Shown in pieces: positions 12,857 through 24,475 of a stretch of 64,000 nucleotides of DNA. This DNA is from Parasitella parasitica NRRL 2501 (taxonomy: Eukaryota; Fungi; Mucoromycota): assembly GCA_025201805.1 (NCBI GenBank), contig MU619315.1:1-64000 (forward strand), read 5' to 3'. The position numbers and the translations under genes were made by a program. Positions within the stretch are counted from its first letter, which is position 1. The number at the start of each line of letters is the position of its first letter. The notes beneath the pieces were generated by a model, which was given only the letters and a program-made list of their open reading frames with translations, did no database searches and was not told the DNA's origin.

Positions 12857-12962
12857 ATTATAAATGTATCTTACAATAAATTATGAAATGCTGTTGTGTG
12901 TAATGTATATATAAACAAGTATGCAATGTGTAAGGAGAAATAGATGGGTGTATATGAGCATA

Positions 12963-13985
12963 TTAGATTAAACTATCACAGCGCCGATTGTGATCAGCAA
13001 GAGCCTTCTTAATGAGCCATGCAGAGGTGGTATCCAGTGTCGAGTCAAACCAGGACCTGGAAGTCAATTTAGAGATACCCACATAGCTGACCAAGTGACA
13101 CAGTGCGTCAATTTCAGGTCTCTCCTTTGTGCATGAAACCACCCTCTTTACAAGGTATTCTGACGAGGTGGAGAACAGGCCGGACCAAGTGCGGTTGTGG
13201 TTATTGTCATCATACCACAAGCACCAAACAGCTTGGATCATTACGATCATGCTGTTTGCTAAATTGCGAGCAATAAATGTCATTCCGTGCTCCAGAGCGT
13301 ACCAAAATTTATGCTGGATCTGTGTTACTGAGCTGCGAAGCACATTGTTGCTACTACAGCTGGCCAACTCTATGATCTGCCGCTGGTGCTTCTCTGAGGG
13401 CTTCATCAAGCAAAGCACTTTTCCACCTTCAATGGACATGACAGTGAATTCCATGATTTCATCGTCTATGAACCGCACAGAAAACGATGTAATCGAGTTG
13501 TACTTGGTCGCCTGCTTCAACCCAGCACAGAACTGCTGCAGGTCGTCAGAATGGATATATCGCATCATTGGCTGGCCGATAGCCAAGGTTGTGGTTTGCT
13601 CGTCAGATTGGAATACAGCGTCAATGGTGCCATACATTGTTAACCGAGTAATGGCCACCTGACTGTATTTCTGACGACTGGCGAGATACATGTGATTTAA
13701 TTCGGTCATGTCGGTGCATATGATGGTGGTCGTTGTTTCGTTATTCACATGCAGGCAGGTTTCCAGTATCTTTTGCGTAGCGGCTGTGGACACCAAGCTG
13801 GTGGTTGCGGAAGAGGAGACGTCTTCTTGCAACGGCTGCCAGATGAAATCCAACGGCTGGCCCACAGGATCGAGCCCTAGCATGGTGATCATTTCAGCTG
13901 TGGCATTTATGACAGTGCTGTCCTGGTTTACTGTGATCCAAGCCATTGATCTCAAAGGGCAGTTTGTAGTTGAATGATGAGCCAT
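12963..13985 (-). CDS. Tandem PAS-fold protein with no recognisable output domain
   Basis: PAS-like segments ITVNQDSTVINATAEMITMLGLDPVGQPLDFIW and ITRLTMYGTIDAVF...IGQPMMRYIHSDDLQQF; single exon. Confidence 0.65.
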   Translation of the reverse strand: MAHHSTTNCPLRSMAWITVNQDSTVINATAEMITMLGLDPVGQPLDFIWQPLQEDVSSSATTSLVSTAATQKILETCLHVNNETTTTIICTDMTELNHMYLASRQKYSQVAITRLTMYGTIDAVFQSDEQTTTLAIGQPMMRYIHSDDLQQFCAGLKQATKYNSITSFSVRFIDDEIMEFTVMSIEGGKVLCLMKPSEKHQRQIIELASCSSNNVLRSSVTQIQHKFWYALEHGMTFIARNLANSMIVMIQAVWCLWYDDNNHNRTWSGLFSTSSEYLVKRVVSCTKERPEIDALCHLVSYVGISKLTSRSWFDSTLDTTSAWLIKKALADHNRRCDSLI

Positions 13986-14243
13986 GTTCGTTAAAAGCGT
14001 TGTATTTGACAAAGAAACAAAAAAAAAAGAAGAAAGAAAATATATCCGTATTGTTTAAGGAAAAGAAAGGAATTTATACAAAAACAAGGACCCGGTGATC
14101 AGATGGTAATCTCCATGAAGCTAACATTTATTGCCTTGAAAATTATCGCAGATTTGGAAAAAAAGCTAAAATAACCCCCCCACATTGTCTTTATTCGCAG
14201 TTAGGTTGTTTTTAGTAAGGTGCAGCAGATGCTGTGGCATTAT

Positions 14244-16005
14244 CTATTGGGGGCGTTGAGGTTTTACAGGTTTTGTAGACATATTTGGCAAGTGAGAGTT
14301 ACCTGATCCACCGTGCCTATTGGTTCCCACATTCTTGACCAGCGTGGTGTGAATGTTGTTGTAGGGGTTATTGTATGGTGTGTATGTGTAATAAACCATG
14401 GTGGGATAAGGATCAACATAAAAACCATTGGACAGTGGCGTATGGTATACATTGTCTATATGTAGTTTAGTCTTGGTTAATATGTAGAACATGACGTATA
14501 ATTAGAGAGTGTAACACTTTACTATTATAGCTATACGCATAACCCTTTGATTGTGTCATGTTTTCGCACCTGTTGTTATTGCTGTTGCTGTTACTGTTGC
14601 TGTTGCTGTTGCTATTGCTGCTATAACCGAAATACTGCACATGTTATAAGGTTAGTTTTAATCTTGCCCATCTCGTGTTTGCATGCAATCATTTTACCGG
14701 CATACTATTACTGTTTTTGCTGGCAAAGTTATCAATAATAGAAGGAGCATTCACCTTGAAGGATTTCAAAGGGTCACACTGGTAACTGCATTGGTTATTA
14801 TATTCAACCTGGCAGGGATATTGACGATAGCAAACACGAATGATTTTTTCCTTGAACAAGGCACCATTCTATGTTTATACAGGCTGCCTTAGTTTGCCAG
14901 CAGGGGTGTAATATCCTGCTACTTGTAAGTACATACCTCGGCATCAATGGCTTCTGCAGCTTCCTTTTCGCCTTGAAATTTGATGAATGCAAAGATCTTT
15001 TTGAAGGCATGTCGGTTCAATGGTTTGCGGATCAAATGGATATCAAGAATATGACCGTATCTTGTAAACTTGATGAACAAGTCTTCCTCATTGATGGCTT
15101 CTGGTAAATTGCCAACGAAAAGAGCGTGCTTGTCCAAGCGGCAAGATGTGCCACAAACACCATAAACGTTTTCGCTGTCCAAGTACGCAGCCCATTCGAC
15201 AAACCATTGCGAGTATGAGTGTTCATTCAGCATGTTGTGTTTGGGAAACTTCAATTCCTGCATTTGGGGTGGGGGGTTTGGTTACATACAAATATCGTGG
15301 CACACATCTAACTTACCATGTATGCTTTGATGGCATCATCTCGATATTTAAACTTGATTATAATCGAGTGGAATTTTCCATGTGGTTGTAGAATGTTCAT
15401 GTCCTCGATTTCGCCGTAATCAGACAATACATTTGCTACGTGCTATGTAATATGTATGTGAGAGGAGCTTACGTAAATGTGTGCCAGAGCCAAGCATATT
15501 CAGCTACCTTTTTGTTAAACGGTTGGTTTAAAGATACCAAGCATATAGATCGATTGACTCGGGCAGGTTCACATCGGATCCGCCTGCCATTGATACAGGT
15601 GTTTTGCGCTTCTTTTAATGCTTGTTTGCAATCACTGACAAACTACGCTCATAACATGTGAAAGACTGATTAATAACTCTGTTTGATATATTACATAAGC
15701 ATGTACCTCATATTGCACAAATGCATAGGGCCTTTTCAGCCAGTCTTTGAATACTTTGACACTTTGGATATGGCCCCATTTCAGAAAATGCTCATAAACG
15801 CTTGTTTTTAGATCAGTATCCTTCAAATTCCTGTCCAAACTACTCACAAAAAAAGTGGGGTGAATATATAGCAATTCACAGATATATAAACCAGGAGCAT
15901 ACAGTACCTTGCTACAAAGACACAGGCTGCAGGATTTTCCTTTTTCTGGCCATCAGTATCATTGACGTAATAATTCCCTGCTGGCTTGTATGGCACAACA
16001 GACAT
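14244..16005 (-). CDS. RIM4: Rim4-like triple-RRM RNA-binding protein; multi-exon, last exon frame uncertain
   Basis: PAACVFVAS...SVYEHFLKWGHIQSVKVFKDWLKRPYAFVQYE...INGRRIRCEPARVNRS and LDKHALFVGNLP resemble the recalled yeast Rim4 RRM1 and RRM3 signatures (PSSCIFVASL...RPYAFVQY...GRRLRCEPAKVNR; IDKFSIFVGQL). Confidence 0.78.
14570..14625 (-). repeat. (AGCAAC)n-like repeat in the Rim4-like gene, probably encoding (SN)n
   Basis: Imperfect GTTGCT repeats on the + strand. Confidence 0.75.
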
Positions 16006-16037
16006 GCTATATTTGATATGATAAGCCAACAGAAGAA

Positions 16038-16062
16038 AGAGAGAGAGAGAGAGAGAGAGAGA
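16038..16062. repeat. (GA)n microsatellite in the RIM4/SAS4 divergent promoter
   Basis: Direct read of the sequence. Confidence 0.9.
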
Positions 16063-16269
16063 AAATAAAAAAAAGAGTTGCAAAAGAAAGAGAGCAAGGG
16101 CGAGAGAAATCGCTGATAGTTTAATACATGCATTATGATTGACAATTTTTGATATATTGATTTGCTTTTGCATTTAATATCATACACGCATTTATAATCT
16201 GGGTATCAATTAGGCCACAACAAGGAATAAGAAAATTTTCAAATATCTCACCCTTCTGTGTTAAAAACA

Positions 16270-17183
16270 ATGGAAACCAAAAGAGAATTGCCTACTAGAC
16301 ACAATTTCCTAACAGAAGCCGTGCAAAGCTACCTGGAATCGAGTAAGTTGATGCAAATAGCCATGAACCATCCCTCCAAAAAAAAAACTCTGACATTTGT
16401 ATAGAAAATGCCGCAAACGAACCCTCCATTGACCTCAAAACCATAATCACCGTTACTTCGGATACCTCACTCATAAAAAATTTTCAATACCATGAAGCTC
16501 CATCGCCAGAGCCTCCTGCCGTCATTGAGCATATTCCCCAAATCAAAATAATAGAAGCTGCTGGTAACCCTAGTAAAAAGCCCAAAAAAGCCCAACTGCT
16601 AGACAGCGATGATATTATCGACGACGACTATTATCTGAAAAGACACCGTAGACATGAATTAGACGAAAAAAAGCAGAAAAACCGAGAAAAGGAAAGACTG
16701 AAACACGGATACTATCAACAGAAGCAACTCGTAGAGCGAGTCAAAACCATGGATAGAAATTTACTACGATCCATCGTGTCATCTATTCGACATAGAACTC
16801 ACAAGAAAGACGAAGAAGCGGACGAAGAGAAATACCTAAAAGACTTACACAACAGCTTATTAGATGAAGCTCAGGAACATTTAAATAGATACGAAGTACT
16901 GGGAATAGGAAAGACGGACGAGGAAACTGATTTAGCTACAGCCATAGATGTTACTGCCGTGGTATCCAACGAATTCAATCGAGCAATGGCAACAGAAGAG
17001 AGGCTTCAGAGACAAAGGCAGATACGGTCGTTCTCGGCAAATCCTACATTCACCGGTGCTATGCCAAGCCAAAGAGGATCCCGTCGTTCTGTGCGAAATA
17101 TCACAGCATTTGGTCAGTTATTGCCACCATTTGGAATTGAAGAATTTGAATTGCCACAAGAACTGATGGAATATAAGAAATAA
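16270..17183 (+). CDS. SAS4/PEHE-like domain protein (putative MYST acetyltransferase complex subunit); 2 exons
   Basis: IIDDDYYLKRHRRHELDEKKQKNREKERLKHGYYQ resembles the SAS4/PEHE motif; C-terminal ITAFGQLLP..EFELP; intron about 16343-16404. Confidence 0.6.
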
Positions 17184-17300
17184 AAATGAAATGCTTTATT
17201 ATTTATGAACACATGTTACTTGTCTACTACCACGGCTACAACTACAACTACGACTATTTATGATATATATATACACAAAAATTATTTGTACATGTTGGAT

Positions 17301-19931
17301 TTAAGCAACAAGATGCTGGACGTTTCCTGATTCTTTGATAATCTGCTTTGTATCCAAACTAATGCCAGGGCATTGGCTGATATTTAGCGTGCCCAACTGG
17401 CCCAGTTCTAGAATACTCTTTACCCCGATGTCTGTAATGCGAACACAGCCTCGCAAATTCAGCGAGTTCATCGATACCGGTGTGTTTGATTCAAGCAAAA
17501 CTCGAATAGATACATCAGACACAGCAGCGCCACAAAAACTAGCGTCCAACTCTTGTAAATTGGGCAGCGAAATAAGCCCCTCGATGGCACTATCGGATAA
17601 GGCACAGCAGAAACTAAGCGAGAGATCCTCAAGCCCAGGCGCTGCTGATACGAGGTGAGAAATGGCTTGGTCTGTCAGAAAACTGCAGTCTGTAAGATTG
17701 AGGCTTCTTAACGACGGGAATTGAGTGTCAGCCCATCTGACAAAACCTTGGTCCGTGATGCGAGTGCAGCGCTGTATATTGAGGGATTCCAGTGTCTTGC
17801 TGCAGAATTCTGCTAAATGACTCATGGTCATGTCAGACAGCTTTTTGCAATACGAAAGCGAAAGCTCCTTGAGTTCTGGATACCCACGGGTTTGCTTTTC
17901 ATCCAACATTTTGAATATGCCAATATCGCTGATCTTTCTGCAGTTGGATAAATCTAGACTTGTCAATTGCGGACAGCAGGCAGCCAACAGCGCCAAGCTC
18001 TTGTCTGTCAGAAGCCAGCATGAATTCAAATCCAAGGTTTCAACATTGGGCAGCTGCTCCACCAACCTCTTGAACCCTTCATCAGTAATGTAAAAACATT
18101 GTGACAGATTCAGTTCCTTGATGCGGGCACCGCCGCCTAGCAACGACATGATTTGGTCCAACGCTTTATCCGTAACACGCTTGTTGAGATGACTGAGGTC
18201 CACATGCTGCAACACCCTATCACTCTTTTGTATAAATTCTCGACACTTTTTGGACACTGCAGAGAATTGCACAATTGAACTGATATCCAAGTAGTTGATG
18301 ATACGACTAAAAACCTCTTGGGTAAACAGCCCGAACCTGCCATCTACCGAATATTCAGGAGGCTTCATGACCGTATCCTGTTGCTTCTGTGCAGGCATAG
18401 TAGCAGTGTCTTTCAACTTTGATTCCTTGGCTGGTTCCTTGATATTTCTATTGGCAAGCGCAACTAAATTTGGGTCAGACCAGATGGCAACGCTGCCCCG
18501 TCTTCGCCTAGTTTCTGTTGTTTTCAGTATATTTGTCGTAGTGGGAGGTAGCAAAGTTGGATCTTGGTCGCTTGTAGTACTGCATACTGAGTCAGGAGTG
18601 ACGACAGGAGTTGCTGCACTCAAAATTTCCTCTGTGGGTTCTTCTATGGGTGTCATAGCAGGTGCTGCTTCATGTATATGATAAATGCTCATCAATATCC
18701 CCTAGTTCCCTCACTACACCAGCAAAAGTCCAACATACCTGTTTCTGAGTCGACATGCGATACCAAAGATGCCTTCATCCTCAAGGTGTTCAAGGAATTT
18801 TCGGCCATCATTTTGAAATGCTTTTGTAAATCAGGAAAACGACTGATAACATCAATGAAATCGCTCTTCTTCAGTACATATAGTTCCATTGCGGTTACAG
18901 CTCGGGCATCAGCAGCACGTGGTGTATTTAAAAGAACTGCTATGTCTCCAAAATAATCGCCAGCCGACAAGCGAGCAATTGGTGTCAGCGGGTTTGATGT
19001 GGTTGTGTCCATATTAGCCACTTCCACAGTGCCTATACTCGGCAATTTGCCTGTTGAGCATTTCCACCTGCACAACTCTTTTTTATTGTTTCCTTACCAT
19101 TGATGATGAAAAACAGCTCTTTTCCTTGGTCTCCTCTTTTCAGAATCAAGTCGTTTGGCGTGTAATGGCGGGGCTCTACCTTGAGGGATATCAGGTGCAG
19201 AAACTCTTCAGGGCAGCTTTGGAAATAAGGAATCTGGCGGAACGCATCAGCTTAACGTCATTATTATGTCTATTTGCAACTGTTGACAAAAAGAAAACAG
19301 GACTTACCTTTTGCAGTAAATTACGGACGCTTGTCAAATCTTCGATGTTTCGCTCAGTCAATGGCTTGTAGCTCACTTTATCTGCTTCGCTCAAGTTTTT
19401 GCTCTTTTTCAGCATGGTTAAGCGTTCTTCGGCTTCAAAGCGAAGCATCTTCTCGACTTCCGGGTACAGTGGTAAAATAGTGCGGACTTCCTCAGCAGTT
19501 AACGCAGCCACAATGCACTTGGTGCTTGCGATCACGGTTGCTGTACGAGGCATTGAGTATAGGATGCCGATTTCGCCAAAGCAAGAGCCCTTGGGCAGCG
19601 TTGCGTAGATGCGTTCGAAATCAGCGCTGCAGACGTCGACAGATCCTCTCAGCAAAAAGAACATTGCTTTAGCGGGCTCTCCTTCCACGATGATTACATC
19701 GCGTGGGCCGTAGGAGCGAAGATGCATGCAACAAGCCAGTTTCTCTAGAAAGCTTTCGTCGTTTGTGCGTTGGAATAACGAGTGTTGTCTGAGCGATTGG
19801 AGTAATTCGGGTGGGATGGAGCGTTCGTCTGCAATTTCCATCGACGATGATGACGGAGTCGATGAAGAAGAAGCTATAGCAGAAGAGGCGGGTGAGGTGG
19901 GCCACATTGTTTCGTTTTGTATATCAATCAT
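17301..19931 (-). CDS. Two cyclic-nucleotide-binding domains + F-box + leucine-rich repeats; 4 exons
   Basis: Phosphate-binding cassettes FGEIGILYSMPRTATV and FGDIAVLLNTPRAADA; F-box FTQEVFSRIINYLDISSIVQFSAVSKKCREF; about 10 Cys-containing LRRs (LxLSxCxxITD). Confidence 0.88.
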
Positions 19932-20984
19932 TGTTTTTCCAGGTAAAAAGAAAAAGGGAAAAAATATTGAAAGGAAGAGAAACAAAAACCTCCCCCCCCC
20001 CAAAGGTCTTTTTTTTTTTTATTTGTTTATTTATTTCCATGAAAGCAAAGTGAAACCTTCAAGAGCAAAAAGATGCATATCAACCAAAATGCCCGAGTTG
20101 TGGATTTCCTCATCATATTACTTGAGTAGGTCTTTCTTTGCTGTTCTCCAAAATCTGACGTATTTCATGGAAGTGCGGTTTAATAATAGCTCTGCTGCCA
20201 CAGGACTTGAGAGATCAATGAAATACCACGGTTTATCTATCTGATCGAAATTTGTTAAACTGAGTTTACGCACACCCTCATAACAGCGCATGATGGCACA
20301 CAGCGCCCTCGGAAAAAGCATATGTCTGTGTATCATAAATATGATGCCAAAATTTCATTGTGTTTTTCATTGTTCACATTGGTGTCGTCAGTACTATCCC
20401 ACGCACCCCCCTTCCCTTCTCTTCCCTTCCTGAAGTTTATATGTTTCTTCAAGTTGGCATGTATGCACCTAGATTGCAATTATAAATCTGCACGCATATG
20501 ACAGGACAATGCGATTCAAAGCCTTTGATGTTACAAGCTGCTTAATAAACTAAATAGACAGAAAACGTCAAAAAAAAACTGCTGTAATGGTATTTCGCCA
20601 ACCAAAGGTTCCTCGCTACAAAAGGTGTCGAAACTTACGCGTTTGTAAATGTTTAAGGGTATTTAACAATGGAAAGTAGTAGAAATTAGTCGCTTGCAAA
20701 CACAGTATACATCAAAAGTAATTCCACATGCACTTTATTCACATAATCAGAATACTGTCATCAATGAGTATTGAAGCGGTCTATTTTTATTCAAAAACAG
20801 CACTAGAGATGCTATGTTTTGAATGGTTTGTTGTTTCGCCACCGCTTTATTCTATGTTCAAAGCGCTTCGTAAAGTATATACGAGCTCTTTCTATTGAAA
20901 AATGTTGTCAGCGGCTCTAGTGCTATTTAGAGATTGCAACATTGTTCTCTTCATTCTTCTTTTTTCTCTGCTAGTAAAATCAAA

Positions 20985-21656
20985 ATGTACTCCAACTGGG
21001 AAGAGCAAGCGCTAGACTCTCTCACTACTATTAAATGGTATCCTGTTGCTGAAGTAATACGCTATTTAGATAGTCTTCGTCGTTTCATCATCATGACTCC
21101 TGGAAAGCTAAGCGAAACCTATATGCCAATGTTACATAGAGGAGGAGAACACGACATGCATCATCAAGACCTTCCTGCCAGCAAATCCGAAAGATTTCCC
21201 AAATATGAAGCCTACATATGTGAAGCTATTGGTGATTGGGGCCTCAAGCTAGATAGCCTCGCATTGATCAGTAGCATTGTAGTTAATACCAACAGACTCG
21301 AAAGAAAGTACCCTCATGTCAATTCTCCTGGAGACTTGGAACAGCTTGCTCTTGGTATAATTCATGAACTCAGAGGGATGGTGCAAGATAGAATTGATTT
21401 TGTCAATCGCCAGAAATTCGAGGCTCGTTACGATTTAGACTGGACAAACGAAAATGCTCAGACATCTCAAGAGTCTACTATCGAAATTGAGAGCCATTTC
21501 GCAAACAATGTTAAATCAGAGGAGAGTTCATGTGCTAGTAGCGAATCTCGCGAGCGTACATTTTCAGGATCTCTAACACCGCTTGCAAACAATAAACGCG
21601 AATATCGAACACCAGGCGAAGAACCTAATAGCCATCCTAATATTAGTTTAGATTGA
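20985..21656 (+). CDS. Orphan protein, possibly truncated by a premature TGA
   Basis: 223-aa ORF in aaaATG context; the frame stays open for 32 more codons after the TGA. Confidence 0.5.
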   Translation: MYSNWEEQALDSLTTIKWYPVAEVIRYLDSLRRFIIMTPGKLSETYMPMLHRGGEHDMHHQDLPASKSERFPKYEAYICEAIGDWGLKLDSLALISSIVVNTNRLERKYPHVNSPGDLEQLALGIIHELRGMVQDRIDFVNRQKFEARYDLDWTNENAQTSQESTIEIESHFANNVKSEESSCASSESRERTFSGSLTPLANNKREYRTPGEEPNSHPNISLD

Positions 21657-23062
21657 ATTGCTCGTATATATCTGACTACATACATTGACAATATTCATGA
21701 CTACATCCGTATCGAAGTTGGTAAATATTCAATTGTTTGCGTACCATATAAATAAAATCCCATCTTGCCTTACTTTTACCATATCAGTGGCTCCTAATAT
21801 AATGTAGAAACAATATTCAGTAAGCTACTCTTTAAATGTGGCAGTTTTCACAGCAAAAGCATCCAAATTACTGCAAAAACTGCGATTTTGACACTTTAAG
21901 AGCCGTTATTATTGGATTTAGAATAGTATGGCACCGCAAAAAATATCTCAAATAATTGCTATTGATTGATAAATTTGTTCTGGCGCAAATTGGTGGGTTT
22001 TTGGAGATGTTTTTTCTCAACCCAATTTTTGCCTTATGGTAGCTCATCTGAAATTGAGTTTTTCACAAATGTCGATTTTTCAGCTGAAAAACGAAATTTT
22101 TTACTAGAGTGTATGTTAGAGAGAAACGTTGCTAAGGGTTGCCTTTATATGATGGTAATCTTTATTTGGGCACTACTTATTGGATTTTTTGATCTTTCTT
22201 GAATAAACCGGAAAAGCACATTTTCAATATTATCACTACAATATTTTTAGTAGAAGTTGAAGGTTTGTAATACCATCGAATAGAACGCGTTTGGCTGCAC
22301 AGGTCTGATTGTTCCATTTTTGGGTGTCGGCTATTCGTTTTGGCACGTAAATATTCTTTAAAGAATATATTTTATCTAGAAATGGCAAAATAGAACAAAA
22401 ACAAGCTCGAGGATTCTTTTTATTTTCAAATACCGCTATAGGCTAATTGCTGCCGCCAAAATAGCCATTTGCAGGAGTATATAGCATTGATAATGAGAAG
22501 CATGATACAGACTGAGAGATAGTGTATAAACTAAATAAATTATGCCTTAACATCAAAGACTTCAAATTAACGCGTATGCCCAAAAAAAAATACGTTTGCT
22601 ATTAAACAAAAAAAAAAGGGCGTGCATTATTGAATCTTGGCCATTACTGTTTTAATGATAACCTCAGGGAATGGCGACAGCGGTAAAAGATACATATAAA
22701 AAAAATGGATGCACCACATGAAAGAGATAATGCTTACCAATGTTTTTTTCGGCAAAACGTGAGAAATCAAGTTTGATTTCCCAGACCTTTTGTATTAAAA
22801 TCATTAAAAGCGACAATGTAGATATAATAATGGTCCTTAAACTATTGCTTGTGAATACGATTTTGGGTTTCTAATAACTTTTTTTTTTTTTTCTTTTACG
22901 ATTTTAAATAAATATGTATCAAAGCTTAATCCTATTCCAAGTCAATCGTAATTTTGATTAGCAATCAATCGGAAGAATGTTCTGCCTCAGTTTTTTTATG
23001 ACACATAAAAAGCACATTGGATCTCTCTTCTTATTTCCATCAAACATTTCGAGAAAAGCAAA

Positions 23063-24228
23063 ATGTCTATTTCTCAATCAACACAAGAAATCTCAGCTTT
23101 TGACGTTGCAACAGATACCTCATTCTTAGGTAAATCAAACAGCAATACGTTCATTTTTACAGGTTTCGCTAGCAAGGTGAGTAATTTATTATGTTTTGAT
23201 TACAAAACACTCTTTGGCGTTACTGAAAGTAATCTTTTTTTTTGTAAGAAATGGTGTATTGGTGATGTGCCTAACGTAAGTTAATTTCTTTCCATGCGCT
23301 ATTTGCAGCCTTTATACCAACCTAATTGCTTTATGACAGGGAGGCTATGTTTTGGCAATCATCATCGATAGCGTCATTAGACACTTTGATGAAAGCTTCC
23401 AGATTGATCCTGTCGCTTTGAACTGTTTCTTTTTCAAAAAGACAATTCCAGGACATTTGATTGTGGAAATTGAGGAACTAAAGATGAGCAAAAAGGGATA
23501 TTGTGTAGTGCGTGCTATCTTGAAACAAAGGGTGGATTTGCAGCCATTGACAAGCTTAGAAAACTATGATCCCTCCCAGTGGCAAGACAAAGTGCAAGGT
23601 ATTTTCACTATGGGCAATATGGACAACGAAAAAGGGCCAACGCACTTTTACAAAAACCCCCTCCAGCCTTCTACTGAGCACCTGGAGCCTTACAACTATG
23701 TCTTCATGGGCGAATTCTTGAACACTACAATTGATAAAAGTAAGTTTCCCAAATCAGATATTGAGGCCGGAAGCCCCGAGGTTATACACACCATGGAATT
23801 CAAGGATAGCAGACCTATTGATTTCAAAAGTATCCCATACTGGTGTGATATGTTTAATCCTCCTCCCACACTGCTGGGCCCCGCAATCTTAAACGGCCCT
23901 GTCTGGTGCCCTACTATGCAACTTGAAATACAATTCAAGAGAAAACCAAGCGGAAAAAGGATCACTGGTCGCTACATTTCTCCTCACATCATCAATGGTA
24001 GATTTGACATGTCTGGAGAAATCTGGAACGAACAAGGTGAAATTCTAGCCATCACAAGGTAAAACAATATATATATATAGTGGCACAAGGAAAGAAGCTA
24101 AACAGGGATACAAACCCGAATGACTATGCAGACATCAATGTTTGATTGTACCTTGGAGTCGCAACTCAAAAGACGAGAGTAAAGTCAATGCAAGAAAGCA
24201 AGCCATGATGGAAAAATCAAAAATTTGA
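23063..24228 (+). CDS. Hotdog-fold acyl-CoA thioesterase with PTS1-like C-terminus; 4 exons including a 27-nt microexon
   Basis: Spliced KWCIGDVPN|GGYVLA; YWCDMFNPP; WCPTMQLEIQF; GEIWNEQGEILAITR|HQCLIVPW...MEKSKI*. Confidence 0.85.
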
Positions 24229-24475
24229 GTGATGGATCGTAAACGAATATAGAGAGATAATAGATTAATCTTTGGCCGATGAACGTCTATGAATTAATAC
24301 AAGTCTGGCGACAAGTACAACAGTTGTAATAGGGCACGCGTAGCAAATAATTGATTCAAATGATATTACGAAAACCTATTAAAAATTGTTGTTTTATTTG
24401 AACATTAGCATATATATGTATAAAATGTGTTGGTATATACAGGGATGTTATAGGACAGAAATTTACAAAATCGAT

